From the sequence record OR770614.1: a stretch of DNA of 64,000 nt. One strand, written 5' to 3'. Made by a program: the position numbers and the translations under genes. The stretch is from Staphylococcus phage vB_StaM_PB50. Below the pieces are notes generated by a model. That model had not been told where the DNA came from. It saw nothing but the letters and a program-made list of their open reading frames with translations, and searched no databases. Of the stretch, positions 1-10,604 are shown piece after piece (within the stretch, counting starts at the first letter, position 1; each line of letters starts with the position of its first letter).

Positions 1-108
1 AGACGTAATGCTTCTTTAACTATACTAACGGTATTACTATCACCTTCAGTTGTTTTATATTTAATCCAAAAATTTTGGTAACAATAATATAGAAAGTAGG
101 AAAATTTA

Positions 109-633
109 ATGGCAAAGAATTTAAAAGTAGGTAAAGATAAATATATTAATGTAGCTTTAAGATTTAAAAATACTACTTGGACAGCAGCATTATTAGTTCA
201 AATTGTAAACTTTGTAATTTTTATGATTAGAGCATTTGGTGGGAATGTTTCAGGTAGTACTGAAGAAAATATAGGTAGTATTATTCAAGTTGCAGCAATG
301 GCCATTTCAAGTATAGTAGGTAGATTTATGGATCCTACAACTAGTGGAACAGCAGACTCTGAACGTAACTTAGCTAAAACTCGATTAACTACAAATGATG
401 AAAAATCTCTTCAAGCAATGGATTATGATGGTTCAGTTTTACCTCCAGTTAAACCTTTTTTGGAGCAAAACAACAACCAAGAAACTACAAACTTGCAAAA
501 CAATCAAAATTCCAATGAAAGTAATTTTGGTGGTGGATCAGTAGGTAATGAAACTATTGATAATGAAGTTAATATAGATTCTAATTACAATCCAGAAATA
601 TTTGGTGGAGGATCTTCTTCTGAAGATAATTAA
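109..633 (+). CDS. putative holin (phage_holin_4_1-like)
   Basis: 174 aa; basic N-terminus, two predicted TM helices (WTAALLVQIVNFVIFMI; IGSIIQVAAMAISSIVG) followed by DPTTSGTADS motif typical of SPP1/XhlB-type holins; AGGAAAA RBS upstream; unusual Q/N/G-rich C-terminal tail. Confidence 0.6.
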   Translation: MAKNLKVGKDKYINVALRFKNTTWTAALLVQIVNFVIFMIRAFGGNVSGSTEENIGSIIQVAAMAISSIVGRFMDPTTSGTADSERNLAKTRLTTNDEKSLQAMDYDGSVLPPVKPFLEQNNNQETTNLQNNQNSNESNFGGGSVGNETIDNEVNIDSNYNPEIFGGGSSSEDN

Positions 634-655
634 AAATCAATAATAAATATAATTT

Positions 656-683
656 ACGGTAACGCTCTTAACTGAGTGTTACC
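656..683 (+). terminator. rho-independent terminator
   Basis: CGGTAAC...GTTACCG 7-bp stem followed by TTATTTTAT immediately after holin-like ORF. Confidence 0.55.
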
Positions 684-762
684 GTTATTTTATAAAAATT
701 TTTAATACATATATAACGTTAATATTATAAATTAATGTGTTACTTAGAAAGGGAGTTTAGGG

Positions 763-1392
763 GTGGCAAAAAAGAAAAAAGAAGTTCCTAAAAAGATACT
801 AGATAAAATTGAAGAAGCTAAAAAATGTAATATAAATATGAATAAAAAAGAAAATTCTATTATAATAAATATTGAAGACCATGAAGTTTATCAATACTTA
901 AGACACCGTAGAAATGGTTATAGAATGTATGATCCTCTACATGCTTATAAAAAAGTATTAGAAGATATGTTTAAAAATTTATTAATAATAAATGATGATA
1001 TAAATGAATTAGTTAAAGAAAATTTCGATAATGCGATAGATATAACTTTAATAGTAGAATGTAATCCAGTTAACAATACAGATTCTATTAAAAAAATATT
1101 ATATAAATTATTGGGTAAAGTTTTTAGAGTTAAAACGCCTGATACAGATAATTTTCAAAAAACTATATTCGATATTATGAATGATATATTTTGGAAAGAT
1201 GATGCACAAATTGTTAAAATTAATGCAGAGAAAAAATACTCATATGATTTTAAAGATAAGACTTACATAAAACTGACTTATCATGAAGATCATAAAGATT
1301 ATGAAAAAGGTTCATTAACTAAAGAAGAAAAAGAGCAATATAAAGAATTAATAGAAAAAATTAAAATGTATAAAGAAAGAGGTATTTTATAA
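763..1392 (+). CDS. hypothetical protein (lysine-rich N-terminus)
   Basis: 209-aa ORF, GTG start preceded by AAAGGGAG RBS; no recognisable motif. Confidence 0.5.
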   Translation: MAKKKKEVPKKILDKIEEAKKCNINMNKKENSIIINIEDHEVYQYLRHRRNGYRMYDPLHAYKKVLEDMFKNLLIINDDINELVKENFDNAIDITLIVECNPVNNTDSIKKILYKLLGKVFRVKTPDTDNFQKTIFDIMNDIFWKDDAQIVKINAEKKYSYDFKDKTYIKLTYHEDHKDYEKGSLTKEEKEQYKELIEKIKMYKERGIL

Positions 1393-1393
1393 A

Positions 1394-1909
1394 ATGGCTG
1401 AAATGAAAAATAGTAGAGATGTATTAATCGGAGAAGAAAAAGATATTAGAGATTTACAATTATTAATGAGAATTAGAAATAATATTATGAATTATGTAGA
1501 TGTAGAAAATACAATTGATATTATTCGAGATGTAATTAATGATTCTGAAAACTTTAGCTTTAGATCTAAACAAGCTGAAAAATTTATTGATGTTAAAAAA
1601 CCTGTATTTGTTATTAAATTAGATGATAGTGAACTATCTGCTAAGAATAAACAAAGCTTTGAAGGTAGTGAAAGTGATTATCAAAGTTATATAGATAATT
1701 ATGAAAAAGATGTAGCTGATAAGCTTGATAGAGAAGTTTTAAAATATATAGGTAAAGCTATTTTTGATTCTATTAAAGATGATAGTGAATTAGATAGATT
1801 ATTAAAAGATAATGAGCTAGAAATGAAAGATTTAATGATTACAAATATTTATGTGTATAAATTATCAGATCCTTATACTAATGCAATCAATCTTTCATTA
1901 TTTATTTAA
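1394..1909 (+). CDS. hypothetical protein
   Basis: 171-aa ORF, start overlaps stop of upstream ORF (translational coupling); no motif. Confidence 0.5.
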   Translation: MAEMKNSRDVLIGEEKDIRDLQLLMRIRNNIMNYVDVENTIDIIRDVINDSENFSFRSKQAEKFIDVKKPVFVIKLDDSELSAKNKQSFEGSESDYQSYIDNYEKDVADKLDREVLKYIGKAIFDSIKDDSELDRLLKDNELEMKDLMITNIYVYKLSDPYTNAINLSLFI

Positions 1910-1988
1910 TACATGAATACTATTAAAACTAGTAAAACATTCTCTTATAATAATAAAAATAAGAGCGAAAGTTTGGTGAATATTCATA

Positions 1989-4985
1989 ATGGAAGATAAA
2001 GATAAAAATCTCTTACAAATAAGTGAAGAGATGAATTCTATTAAGTCTAAGATAAATTCTTTAGTTCAAGATCAAGATAGTATTAAGAATTTATCAGAAG
2101 ATAATAAGAATAAGATTAATGTACTTAATGAAAATCTGGATAATATTGATAAAGAAAATGATAACTTAATAGAAAAATTAAGAAATTTAGATGGTAGTCA
2201 TGATATTGATTTAGATCTTTCTAATTATGTTACACTTGATACACTTAAAACAGAATTAAGAAAATATCAAAAATTAAGTATTGACTATATTGATAGATTA
2301 GCTGAAGGTGGTTGGGATTCTGATATTAAAGGTAATTTAGAAAACCTTAATGGCAGAGTCTCAGCTAATGAAGAATCAATTTCTTCAACTATGTCTAAAG
2401 TTAATAAATATGATTCAACTATTCAATACTTAAGCACTAAGGTTGAACAAACAGCTGAGTCTATTAAGAGTATTGCTACTGATTACACACTTAATGAAAT
2501 TAATCAAAGTATTACTAAATTAGAATCATTTAGAGAACAAACAGCTAGAGTTTTACAAGATACAGTTACTAGAGCTGATATAGATACTATGAATAATAAA
2601 GTAACTGAATTTGAAAGTCAAGTATCTCAGTTTGCAGATTTAATAGAACAGACTGTTTCTAAATCAGAAATTGACGGAATTACTATTGGTGGTAAAAACT
2701 TACTAGAAAATTCATTAGCTATTAAAGGTAATTGGTTATTATACCCTGAAAGTTTATCTTCAACTAAAGAGAATGCTTTAACATTTGGTCAAGATAATAA
2801 CGGTAAGAGTTATTTTACTATTAATACCGATGGAATAGAAGGAGAAGTTGGAACTATAAGCTATAATTCTTTCCCTTTAAAATATAATGAAACTTATACT
2901 ATTTCATTTGATTTTAGATCAGATACATTTAATAGACTTGATCATTGTTACTTCATTGATCCTTCAGGTAATTATACTACACCTATTGCTGAAAAATATT
3001 TAGATATTGATGAAGAATGGCATAGATACTCATTTGTATATAAACAAACTTTAACTGGAAGAAATAGTACAAAATTATTAATTGGTGTAGATACTGATTT
3101 AAATCAATTAAATGGTACATTTGATATATCTAGTGTTAAAGTTGAAAGAGGTAGTGTATCATCTGACTGGACTCCTGCTCCAGAAGACTTTGATAATATG
3201 TTAGAGAATTATAATAAAGATATCAATAATAAAATAGATAATATTGAAGAAAATGCTATTGGGTTAGGTGATACTGTTACTGAAGCTTTTAAAGATGGTA
3301 TTATATCTAATGCAGAAAAAATAGCTATTGAAAAGCAAAAGAATATTATTGATAAAGATAAAAAAGAAATAGATCAAATATTTAATTCATTATATGCAAA
3401 TAAAATGATGACAAATAGTGTTAAAACTGAATTGAAAAATAATTATGATTTATTCAATGAAAAATATAATATATTACTACAAGATATAACTAATACAATT
3501 TCAGATGGAATAGCTACTAAAGAAGAAGTAGCTCAATTTAATACAAATTTCTTAAGATATAATGAAGCTCAATCAAATATTAAATCATCTATTCAAAAGG
3601 CAGTAGATAATATTTCTAATGGCTATGCAGTTGATGAAGCTAGTAAAATCACTGTAGGTGGAATGAACTTAGTAAGTTATGAAAATATTTTAGCTATAGG
3701 ATCTGCAACTCTAAATAAGAATACTTATAAAGAGAACGGTGAAATGAATGTAGCTTTAACTGCTAATGGACAAGGTATTAAATTTAAATTAGATAAAGTG
3801 AGAAATAGACGTGAACATGTATTAGGTTTTAATTTAGAAAAGAAAACTGGTACACTTACAAATGTTGATATTAATATTCCTAATGCTTCTGTAACTTCTT
3901 GTTCTGTTAATGGTAATAAAATTGGAAGTGATTCTAGAAGTATTACATTTAACGATACATCATCATTGACATTTATTGAAGTTGTATTTATACCTAATGA
4001 CAGTTTCACAACTAATACTCCTACAGAAATCGTTATTAATCGTAATGGCACATTCCCATTATCTGTAGATGTAGAAGGGTTAAAAGTGGAAGAAGGTAAT
4101 AAAGCTACTGCTTGGCAACCTTCTATTAAAGACAGTAATGCTAGAATTACTAATATGGAAAGTAGAATTAGTCAGAATGAAAAGAATATAGATTTAAGTG
4201 TAACTAAAGAAACGTACAATGCAGATAAATCTAAAATGGAAAAAATGGGATCAGCTTTATCTATTTTAGCAGATGGTATTAGTATGTCATCTTCATCTAA
4301 TGATAAATTGTCTTCTTTTGATATTGATCCTAATAGCATTAAATTAAAATCTAAAATGGTTGATATTAATGATGGCGATGTAATAATTTCTAATGGTAAA
4401 GCTACTATTAAAGAAGCTTCTATTACTAATTTAATGTCTAAAAATATAGTTGTCCAAACTATGTTAGATGCAATGGGTGAAGTTAAAGGTGGTATTACTA
4501 TTAAACGTCCTGATGGAGGTTACTTAGTATATAATGGTATGCCAAGATTTACTACAGCTTATGTGCGTTCTGAACCAGGTGTGCAAGATTTAATGTCTAA
4601 TGGTACTCCTAGATTTAAGAATGTTGGTAATGCATTTATGTTTAGTGATAAGACTACCGGTAAATACTTCAGACGTGCTATGACAATGTATGGTCAACAT
4701 GAAACTAGATGGTTGCATATAGGTATTTGGTATGCTACTCCTCAATGTGGTATTGATATTAAAGTAGATTCATTTAATGACCAAAATGGAGTATTCTTTG
4801 ATAAAACTGTGTCTATACCTAAAGATACGTCAACTAGTGTAACTAAGACAAAACATAAAGAAATTATTGTAGATATGGGTATTCCAGCACAATCTATAGC
4901 TTCTATAGCAATTCGTGCAAGAGTTAAACCTGGTCAAAAAGGTAATGCTTGGATTCTTAACTCATATGTTTATGGTAGAAACTAA
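1989..4985 (+). CDS. tail fibre / receptor-binding protein
   Basis: 998 aa; N-terminal ~230 aa coiled-coil-like with short repeats; two internal ~200-aa lectin/CBM-like repeats each ending in the Firmicute phage tail-fibre motif (VERGSVSSDWTPAPED; VEEGNKATAWQPS); distinct C-terminal head domain. Confidence 0.7.
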   Translation: MEDKDKNLLQISEEMNSIKSKINSLVQDQDSIKNLSEDNKNKINVLNENLDNIDKENDNLIEKLRNLDGSHDIDLDLSNYVTLDTLKTELRKYQKLSIDYIDRLAEGGWDSDIKGNLENLNGRVSANEESISSTMSKVNKYDSTIQYLSTKVEQTAESIKSIATDYTLNEINQSITKLESFREQTARVLQDTVTRADIDTMNNKVTEFESQVSQFADLIEQTVSKSEIDGITIGGKNLLENSLAIKGNWLLYPESLSSTKENALTFGQDNNGKSYFTINTDGIEGEVGTISYNSFPLKYNETYTISFDFRSDTFNRLDHCYFIDPSGNYTTPIAEKYLDIDEEWHRYSFVYKQTLTGRNSTKLLIGVDTDLNQLNGTFDISSVKVERGSVSSDWTPAPEDFDNMLENYNKDINNKIDNIEENAIGLGDTVTEAFKDGIISNAEKIAIEKQKNIIDKDKKEIDQIFNSLYANKMMTNSVKTELKNNYDLFNEKYNILLQDITNTISDGIATKEEVAQFNTNFLRYNEAQSNIKSSIQKAVDNISNGYAVDEASKITVGGMNLVSYENILAIGSATLNKNTYKENGEMNVALTANGQGIKFKLDKVRNRREHVLGFNLEKKTGTLTNVDINIPNASVTSCSVNGNKIGSDSRSITFNDTSSLTFIEVVFIPNDSFTTNTPTEIVINRNGTFPLSVDVEGLKVEEGNKATAWQPSIKDSNARITNMESRISQNEKNIDLSVTKETYNADKSKMEKMGSALSILADGISMSSSSNDKLSSFDIDPNSIKLKSKMVDINDGDVIISNGKATIKEASITNLMSKNIVVQTMLDAMGEVKGGITIKRPDGGYLVYNGMPRFTTAYVRSEPGVQDLMSNGTPRFKNVGNAFMFSDKTTGKYFRRAMTMYGQHETRWLHIGIWYATPQCGIDIKVDSFNDQNGVFFDKTVSIPKDTSTSVTKTKHKEIIVDMGIPAQSIASIAIRARVKPGQKGNAWILNSYVYGRN

Positions 4986-4992
4986 TATTTAA

Positions 4993-5472
4993 TTGGAAAG
5001 GAGCTTGAATATTTTGTCAGAAGAAAAGAATGAAGAAAAAATTATGATGGATTTAGCAGTAACAGTGGACAATGAAGGAAATATACTTGATTATGAAACT
5101 TTACAATATGAAGATGAACCTACAACTCTTCATCTAAAAACTAAAATTCCTTTCATTTATCAAGATCAAATTGATAAGTTTTATGTATATATGGAAGGTT
5201 TTAAACCAGTAGTTAAATTAAAAGAAAATGAAACTATTGATGAGAACAGATTAATGTCAGAAGAAGAAGCAGAATCATATTTACAAAGGAAAAAAGAAAG
5301 AGTTAAGCACATGAATATGATGAGCGAAGAATTATCTAAAGGTGTAGATACTAATTTTAGTGGAACTTATGGTGGAGATGATTTCAAAGCAACTGGAGAT
5401 AAGACAAATCCTTTAGATGGTCTTGATGCTTTTGGTAGAAGACAAACTGATAATACTGATTATTTTAGATAA
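4993..5472 (+). CDS. hypothetical protein (possible tail fibre accessory/chaperone)
   Basis: 159-aa acidic ORF immediately downstream of tail fibre gene; role inferred from position only. Confidence 0.4.
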   Translation: MERSLNILSEEKNEEKIMMDLAVTVDNEGNILDYETLQYEDEPTTLHLKTKIPFIYQDQIDKFYVYMEGFKPVVKLKENETIDENRLMSEEEAESYLQRKKERVKHMNMMSEELSKGVDTNFSGTYGGDDFKATGDKTNPLDGLDAFGRRQTDNTDYFR

Positions 5473-5490
5473 AAAAAATGCGGTAATAAT

Positions 5491-5520
5491 CCCCTAACCT
5501 TATTAATTTAAGGTTAGGGG
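5491..5520. terminator. bidirectional rho-independent terminator
   Basis: perfect 10-bp stem CCCCTAACCT/AGGTTAGGGG with 10-nt loop, A-run on one side and T-run on the other; sits between convergent plus genes (end 5472) and minus genes (end 5540). Confidence 0.8.
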
Positions 5521-5539
5521 ATATATTTTTAAATTTTAA

Positions 5540-6154
5540 TTATCCAAAGATACGATCTAATGATTCTTCTAATGATTCGTTTGTGCTTTCTTCATCTTCT
5601 GAATCTTCTTCTTCGTCTTCATCTTCTTTAGTAATTTTATCTACATCTTCTTCAGGTTTTTCTTTAGAATCTGGAGATTTTTCTGAATTCATTTTGTTAG
5701 CTTTAGTTGTTTGTTTCTCAACATCCATTTCAGGTTTTTCATTTTCTTCGAATAGACGTTCTAATTCTTCTTCTAATGAATCTTCATCATCTTCAGAATC
5801 TTCATCTTCGTCTTCTTCTAATTCATCATCTTCTTCAGAATCATCTTCTTCAGACTCTTCAACTGAATCTTCATCATCTTCTTCAGAATCATCTTCTTCA
5901 GACTCTTCAACTGAATCTTCATCATCTTCTTCAGAATCATCTTCATCAGCTGATTCAATGATACTTTCGAATTGTTCTTCTACTGAAGTTTCTTCATCAT
6001 CTTCTTCAGATTTTGTTTCAGAATCTTCTTTAGATTTACTTTCGTCTTCATCTGCTGATTCAATGATACTTTCGAATTGTTCTTCAAGAGCTTCTTCCTG
6101 AGCTTGTTCGAAAAGTTGTTCTAACTCTTCTTGAATTGCATTTTGTTTTTCCAT
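5540..6154 (-). CDS. highly acidic repeat protein (E/D/S-rich)
   Basis: 204 aa, strong RBS AAAGGAGAA; internal 48-bp tandem duplication and a second ~105-bp-spaced repeat (EEQFESIIESADED x2; EDDEDSVEESEEDDSEEDD x2); plus-strand S-rich ORFs 5583..6101 and 5707..5961 are antisense shadows. Confidence 0.6.
   Translation of the reverse strand: MEKQNAIQEELEQLFEQAQEEALEEQFESIIESADEDESKSKEDSETKSEEDDEETSVEEQFESIIESADEDDSEEDDEDSVEESEEDDSEEDDEDSVEESEEDDSEEDDELEEDEDEDSEDDEDSLEEELERLFEENEKPEMDVEKQTTKANKMNSEKSPDSKEKPEEDVDKITKEDEDEEEDSEDEESTNESLEESLDRIFG
5827..5922. repeat. 48-bp tandem duplication inside acidic protein gene
   Basis: CATCTTCTTCAGAATCATCTTCTTCAGACTCTTCAACTGAATCTTCAT x2; additional 32-bp repeat at about 5949 and 6054. 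Confidence 0.7.
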
Positions 6155-6342
6155 AATAAGTAATTCTCCTTTTTCAAAATATTTATATAATGATATAAAA
6201 ATTATGTTTTGTTATTTTTCTAAATACGTGTACAGATTAATAAAAAATTGTTCATATTAATCTAAAAAATACAATTTCTGATAAAAAAAATAAATCACAT
6301 ATCTTAAAATTAATTAAGATATGTGAATGTTATTAATAAACA

Positions 6343-7041
6343 TTAAATAAATGCATTTTTAATTTTTGCTTTTCTTTCTATATCTTTGAATTCATCTTCT
6401 TCTATAAAATCAAAATTATAATTAGACATTAATGCATAAGTCAATGTATTAAAAATAGGACTTTTCTTACAATATTCTTCTCCTAAATTACTTATCAAAT
6501 CTATTATAGAACAAGTGTCTTCATCATTATAATTCTTTATATTAATTATTATTCTATCTCGTTTTCTATTTTTAGGTTTACTTAATGTAAATATATAGGT
6601 ATACTTATCCCTTAAATATTTTATTTCTTTATGAATATTTTTTATTAATAATTCAGCTTGTTCTTTTTGTTCTTTATTACTAATCATGAATTCAAAGCTC
6701 ATATTTAATAATGCTCTTTCATCATTAGGATTATAAGGTCTATTGTAATTACTTTTATATAACACTATATTTAAAAAGCCTTCATTGTTATAATAATCCA
6801 TATTATTATAATCATTTAAAGATTTCAGTATATCAACTATAGTTTCTTTATTTATAAAAGTTTTTAAATAATCTAAATGTTTATCACTTAATTTTACTGA
6901 TTTATTAAAATTGTTAATCATATTTGGTATTCTTAAATAAACTGGATTATCTTTATATAGATCACATAATTGATTAAAACTTAAAGGAATTACTCTAGGA
7001 CCTATTAGTTCTTTTTCTTTAAGTATTCTGATATTAATCAC
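6343..7041 (-). CDS. hypothetical protein
   Basis: 232-aa ORF; C-terminus ...ERKAKIKNAFI weakly resembles the KExFK-tail family. Confidence 0.5.
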   Translation of the reverse strand: MINIRILKEKELIGPRVIPLSFNQLCDLYKDNPVYLRIPNMINNFNKSVKLSDKHLDYLKTFINKETIVDILKSLNDYNNMDYYNNEGFLNIVLYKSNYNRPYNPNDERALLNMSFEFMISNKEQKEQAELLIKNIHKEIKYLRDKYTYIFTLSKPKNRKRDRIIINIKNYNDEDTCSIIDLISNLGEEYCKKSPIFNTLTYALMSNYNFDFIEEDEFKDIERKAKIKNAFI

Positions 7042-7054
7042 TTTCTTTCTATTA

Positions 7055-7717
7055 TTATATAAATAATTCTTTAGTTAATATTGATTTATATTCTTTTTTA
7101 TCTATACTTTCTATAAAATTTCTATGATCCAAAAGAACTTTTATCTCATTATTGAATTTATTATAATCATCTGCATATACTGCAATATTATCCAAAATGA
7201 ATTGAATGATCTTAATATAGTTTGAGTAAAATAAATTCTCTATAAATTCATCTATTTTATTTTTATCTATTAAAAATATTAATGTCAAATCTAATACATA
7301 CTCTGTATTGTAATGATCCAGAGAAACAGATTTTAAAAAATCTAGATCAATTTCATGTATACTATCTATAAATTCTTTTTCGTTTTCAATTAAATCTGAA
7401 TAACTTTTTAAACTGAAATACATATTCATTATATATCTATTTTTAGATGTTTTACTAATAAAAAATTCTAATTTACTATTAAAGAAATCCATATGAACTA
7501 CTTTCATATTTTCTCTATTAAGAATTTCAAATATTTTATTAGCTATACATTTAGATGCTTTTTCCATATTATTAATTTCTTCATCAGAATTAATTAAATA
7601 AATTGATCTGTCTTTATTATCATTAAAATCATAGATCTTTTTATTACCATTGGCACTTCTCTTATGATAAAATATATTTACATTTTCTTTGTTAAAACGA
7701 TATAAGTAGTTAACCAT
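7055..7717 (-). CDS. hypothetical protein (probable KExFK-tail family)
   Basis: 220 aa; C-terminus KKEYKSILTKELFI. Confidence 0.5.
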   Translation of the reverse strand: MVNYLYRFNKENVNIFYHKRSANGNKKIYDFNDNKDRSIYLINSDEEINNMEKASKCIANKIFEILNRENMKVVHMDFFNSKLEFFISKTSKNRYIMNMYFSLKSYSDLIENEKEFIDSIHEIDLDFLKSVSLDHYNTEYVLDLTLIFLIDKNKIDEFIENLFYSNYIKIIQFILDNIAVYADDYNKFNNEIKVLLDHRNFIESIDKKEYKSILTKELFI

Positions 7718-7794
7718 AAAAGCATCTCATCCATTTCTATATTATAATATAATAAAAAGTTACTATATTATTTATGGATGAGATGTTATATAAT

Positions 7795-8637
7795 CTATTT
7801 AAAACTTTCTTTTACTGCTATCTTCTTATATTCATCTTCTGGTACAAAAGTTATTTTTTCTTTATTTTTATTAATAATATCTTTATATGATATAGAATCT
7901 AAATTATCTATTACTTCATCTTTAAAATATAAAGAATATAATTCAATACCTTTTTTATCTCTAAAGAAATTGCAATTTAGTATTTCATAATTATATTTTT
8001 TCATTAAAACTGATAAGAAATTATTTAATTCTTCTTTATTAGGAATTAAAAAGAATTTCATATTTTTCATTTCTTTATTATTTATACGATCTCTCCTAGA
8101 TATATTGATATATGAAGTTATTGTTTTTGAAATAACTTCATATAATTTATTTGGAGATGAATAATTATTAAAAAGATAAGGATTGATTTGCTTTCTATTT
8201 TTACCTTTTACATAATTATCTAATTTAAATTGATACTCTTTAAATCTATTTAATATTCTTTTATTTACTTTATTAGATAAAATTAAATAATAACTTTCTT
8301 TAGTACCACGATTTTCTATATATAATATATCTATTCTATTGTCTATATCCTTTTTAACATGTCTAAATAATTTTTTATTAAATAATTGCATTACTTCACT
8401 TATGTCAAAATAATTATCACTATATCTTTCATCTTCAGGTACAATATCATGTACAAATATTGTACCTACTTGGGGCATAAATTTTCCATCATTTTTATAA
8501 TTTGAATTATAATCTACAACAGAATTGATAAAGAATTTATAAAAATTATCATCTTCATTATTTTTATACAACATATTCAATTTTGTATTCTCATTATCCT
8601 TTTTAGTTAGTCTTTTATCTATTTTAATGATTTCCAT
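7795..8637 (-). CDS. KExFK-tail paralog family protein
   Basis: 280 aa; C-terminus EDEYKKIAVKESFK. Confidence 0.55.
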   Translation of the reverse strand: MEIIKIDKRLTKKDNENTKLNMLYKNNEDDNFYKFFINSVVDYNSNYKNDGKFMPQVGTIFVHDIVPEDERYSDNYFDISEVMQLFNKKLFRHVKKDIDNRIDILYIENRGTKESYYLILSNKVNKRILNRFKEYQFKLDNYVKGKNRKQINPYLFNNYSSPNKLYEVISKTITSYINISRRDRINNKEMKNMKFFLIPNKEELNNFLSVLMKKYNYEILNCNFFRDKKGIELYSLYFKDEVIDNLDSISYKDIINKNKEKITFVPEDEYKKIAVKESFK

Positions 8638-8655
8638 AATATCAATTTCATCTCC

Positions 8656-9195
8656 TTATTTAAATGTCTCTTTTACTATAAATTTTTTGTATTCTTCCTT
8701 AGACATATCATCTATATATCCTTTATATTCATATAAATTATAATCAGAACTATAGAAAATAACATCTTCTTCCTCTCCATCATGTTCTGGAAGAAAATCA
8801 AAATTGTATGAAAAAACTATATACATATCTTCTTTAATATTACGTATATAGCTATTAAATATAAATTTATTCATATTTTTACTTTCTAAGAAACTAATAT
8901 TTTTAGTATATTCTTCTCCATTTTCATGAATGTGAATTATATTATTTAAATGATTATCTTCAACCCATTCAGGACTATTCTCAAATGATATATGTTTAAC
9001 TACTTCATTATTCATATTTATTAATTTAAAATTAATTAATACGTTTCCTGGTGTAGTTTCTACATTATGTTTAAATCTATAAAACATATAAGTGTCAATA
9101 ATTTCTTTATTTGAAATTTCTCCTTCATCTCTTGTTAAATGAAATATGTCAAAGTGACCGTCTTGTTCTATTCTAAATTTTTTATTGATTTCCAT
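8656..9195 (-). CDS. KExFK-tail paralog family protein
   Basis: 179 aa; C-terminus SKEEYKKFIVKETFK. Confidence 0.55.
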   Translation of the reverse strand: MEINKKFRIEQDGHFDIFHLTRDEGEISNKEIIDTYMFYRFKHNVETTPGNVLINFKLINMNNEVVKHISFENSPEWVEDNHLNNIIHIHENGEEYTKNISFLESKNMNKFIFNSYIRNIKEDMYIVFSYNFDFLPEHDGEEEDVIFYSSDYNLYEYKGYIDDMSKEEYKKFIVKETFK

Positions 9196-9196
9196 T

Positions 9197-9823
9197 TTAT
9201 TTAAATCCCCTTTTTATTAATTCATTTTTATATTCTTTTTCATTAATTTCTTGTATTCTAGTATTTATAATATTCATAAAATTGTATAACCTCATATTAT
9301 TAACTTTATACATTCTTGCATTATTTCCATTATCATAACCAATATTATTATTTATAGGTTCGATAATTTCTTTAGAGTTACAATGTGAAATTAATTCAAA
9401 TACGATATTTCTATTTTCACTTATATCGATAATTAATTCTAGGTTTGAAAATTCTAAATCTAAATTATTAATATCTTCTTTAATTAGATTAAATATATTT
9501 TTAGAATTTTCTATATCATGGGTCAATCTATAATAATCTCCATATATGTCTTCCCTAAATAAACCTATATTACCTTTTGATATTATATGATATTTAAATT
9601 CTATAATATTTCTTAAACTATTCAATTCAATAGTGATTGTGTTATATTTAATTATTTTTCTCATTCTATCAGTATAAAATTCATTGAAAAATTGTTCAAA
9701 TAAAATAATATTTAATTCTTGAGAATCAATACTATCTTTATTTTGTTTATATGGTAATTTTAGTGTATCAATATTTTTAAAATTTCTTAATAAACCTCTA
9801 AAATCCAACATGAAATAATTCAT
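9197..9823 (-). CDS. KExFK-tail paralog family protein
   Basis: 208 aa; C-terminus NEKEYKNELIKRGFK. Confidence 0.55.
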   Translation of the reverse strand: MNYFMLDFRGLLRNFKNIDTLKLPYKQNKDSIDSQELNIILFEQFFNEFYTDRMRKIIKYNTITIELNSLRNIIEFKYHIISKGNIGLFREDIYGDYYRLTHDIENSKNIFNLIKEDINNLDLEFSNLELIIDISENRNIVFELISHCNSKEIIEPINNNIGYDNGNNARMYKVNNMRLYNFMNIINTRIQEINEKEYKNELIKRGFK

Positions 9824-9904
9824 CTATCCTTTTCATCTCCTTCAAATAAAAAAATTAATTATAAAAGAGATGATACTTTAATTAAAGTATCATCTCATTT
9901 TTTA

Positions 9905-10204
9905 TTAAATTACATTCTTATAGATAGTTTCAGGTACAAATTCTTCATCATAATCATGAATAGTTAATAATACATCTTCATGAGAATATTCTAAAGTATA
10001 CATATCATTTTCATCATTAACATTAACTACTGAATAAGAGAAAATACTTGAATCTTTGTCTAATCCTAATTCTTCAATTAAACCTGATTCAGTTCCATAA
10101 CCTTCATCTACACCTATTTCATTACTTTCTAGTACTTCATACTCTCCATCTACTTCACCTCTAAGTTGTAAATCTCTTAATACTTCTTCATTTAATTTTG
10201 TCAT
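9905..10204 (-). CDS. small acidic protein
   Basis: ORF track start (MEEFVM) runs through the leader hairpin and RBS; GGAGGAA RBS precedes internal ATG (MTKLNEEV), so start moved to ~10204. Confidence 0.5.
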   Translation of the reverse strand: MTKLNEEVLRDLQLRGEVDGEYEVLESNEIGVDEGYGTESGLIEELGLDKDSSIFSYSVVNVNDENDMYTLEYSHEDVLLTIHDYDEEFVPETIYKNVI

Positions 10205-10224
10205 AACAAATTCCTCCATTAATT

Positions 10225-10282
10225 TTATTAGAAAGATATATGATAATATCTTTCTTCATTATTATAATATATACTTAATCTT
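10225..10282 (-). promoter_or_regulatory. promoter-like motif + 5' hairpin + RBS cassette (subtype TTCATTATTATAATATATACTTA)
   Basis: minus strand reads TAAGTATATATTATAATAATGAAGAAAGA-loop-TCTTTC..TAATAAAATTAATGGAGGAA-ATG. Confidence 0.45.
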
Positions 10283-10587
10283 TATTTTGTTTCAAATTTC
10301 TCAATGCCTTTTTCTTCAATAACTACATCTGCATTTAATACTTGTAAACGTTTACCGTCTACATTAATAACAATGTAACTACCACCTGCTTCATCACTAT
10401 ATTTAGTTCTGATTTTCTTTCCTTCATATTGATGTAATACTTTACCATCTTTACTATATATAGTTACTTTTCTTTCTAGACCTGATGTATCTGATTTATG
10501 ATCTTTAGTAGCATCATCAAACCATGTACAACCTGCTAGTACTGTTGTTAATACTATAACTCCAAATAACATTAATAACTTTTTCAT
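10282..10587 (-). CDS. lipoprotein
   Basis: 101 aa; signal peptide with lipobox LAGC (MKKLLMLFGVIVLTTVLAGC). Confidence 0.6.
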   Translation of the reverse strand: MKKLLMLFGVIVLTTVLAGCTWFDDATKDHKSDTSGLERKVTIYSKDGKVLHQYEGKKIRTKYSDEAGGSYIVINVDGKRLQVLNADVVIEEKGIEKFETK

Positions 10588-10604
10588 AATTTATTTTCTC
10601 CATT

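Noticed and set aside
1989-4985. Diversity-generating retroelement targeting the tail fibre (lectin-like C-terminal domain)
   Set aside because: No reverse transcriptase ORF, template repeat or adenine-mutagenised repeat pair detectable in the window.
5583-6101. Plus-strand serine-rich ORFs 5583..6101 and 5707..5961
   Set aside because: Antisense shadows of the strongly RBS-supported acidic minus-strand gene. No RBS, and they would run into the bidirectional terminator.
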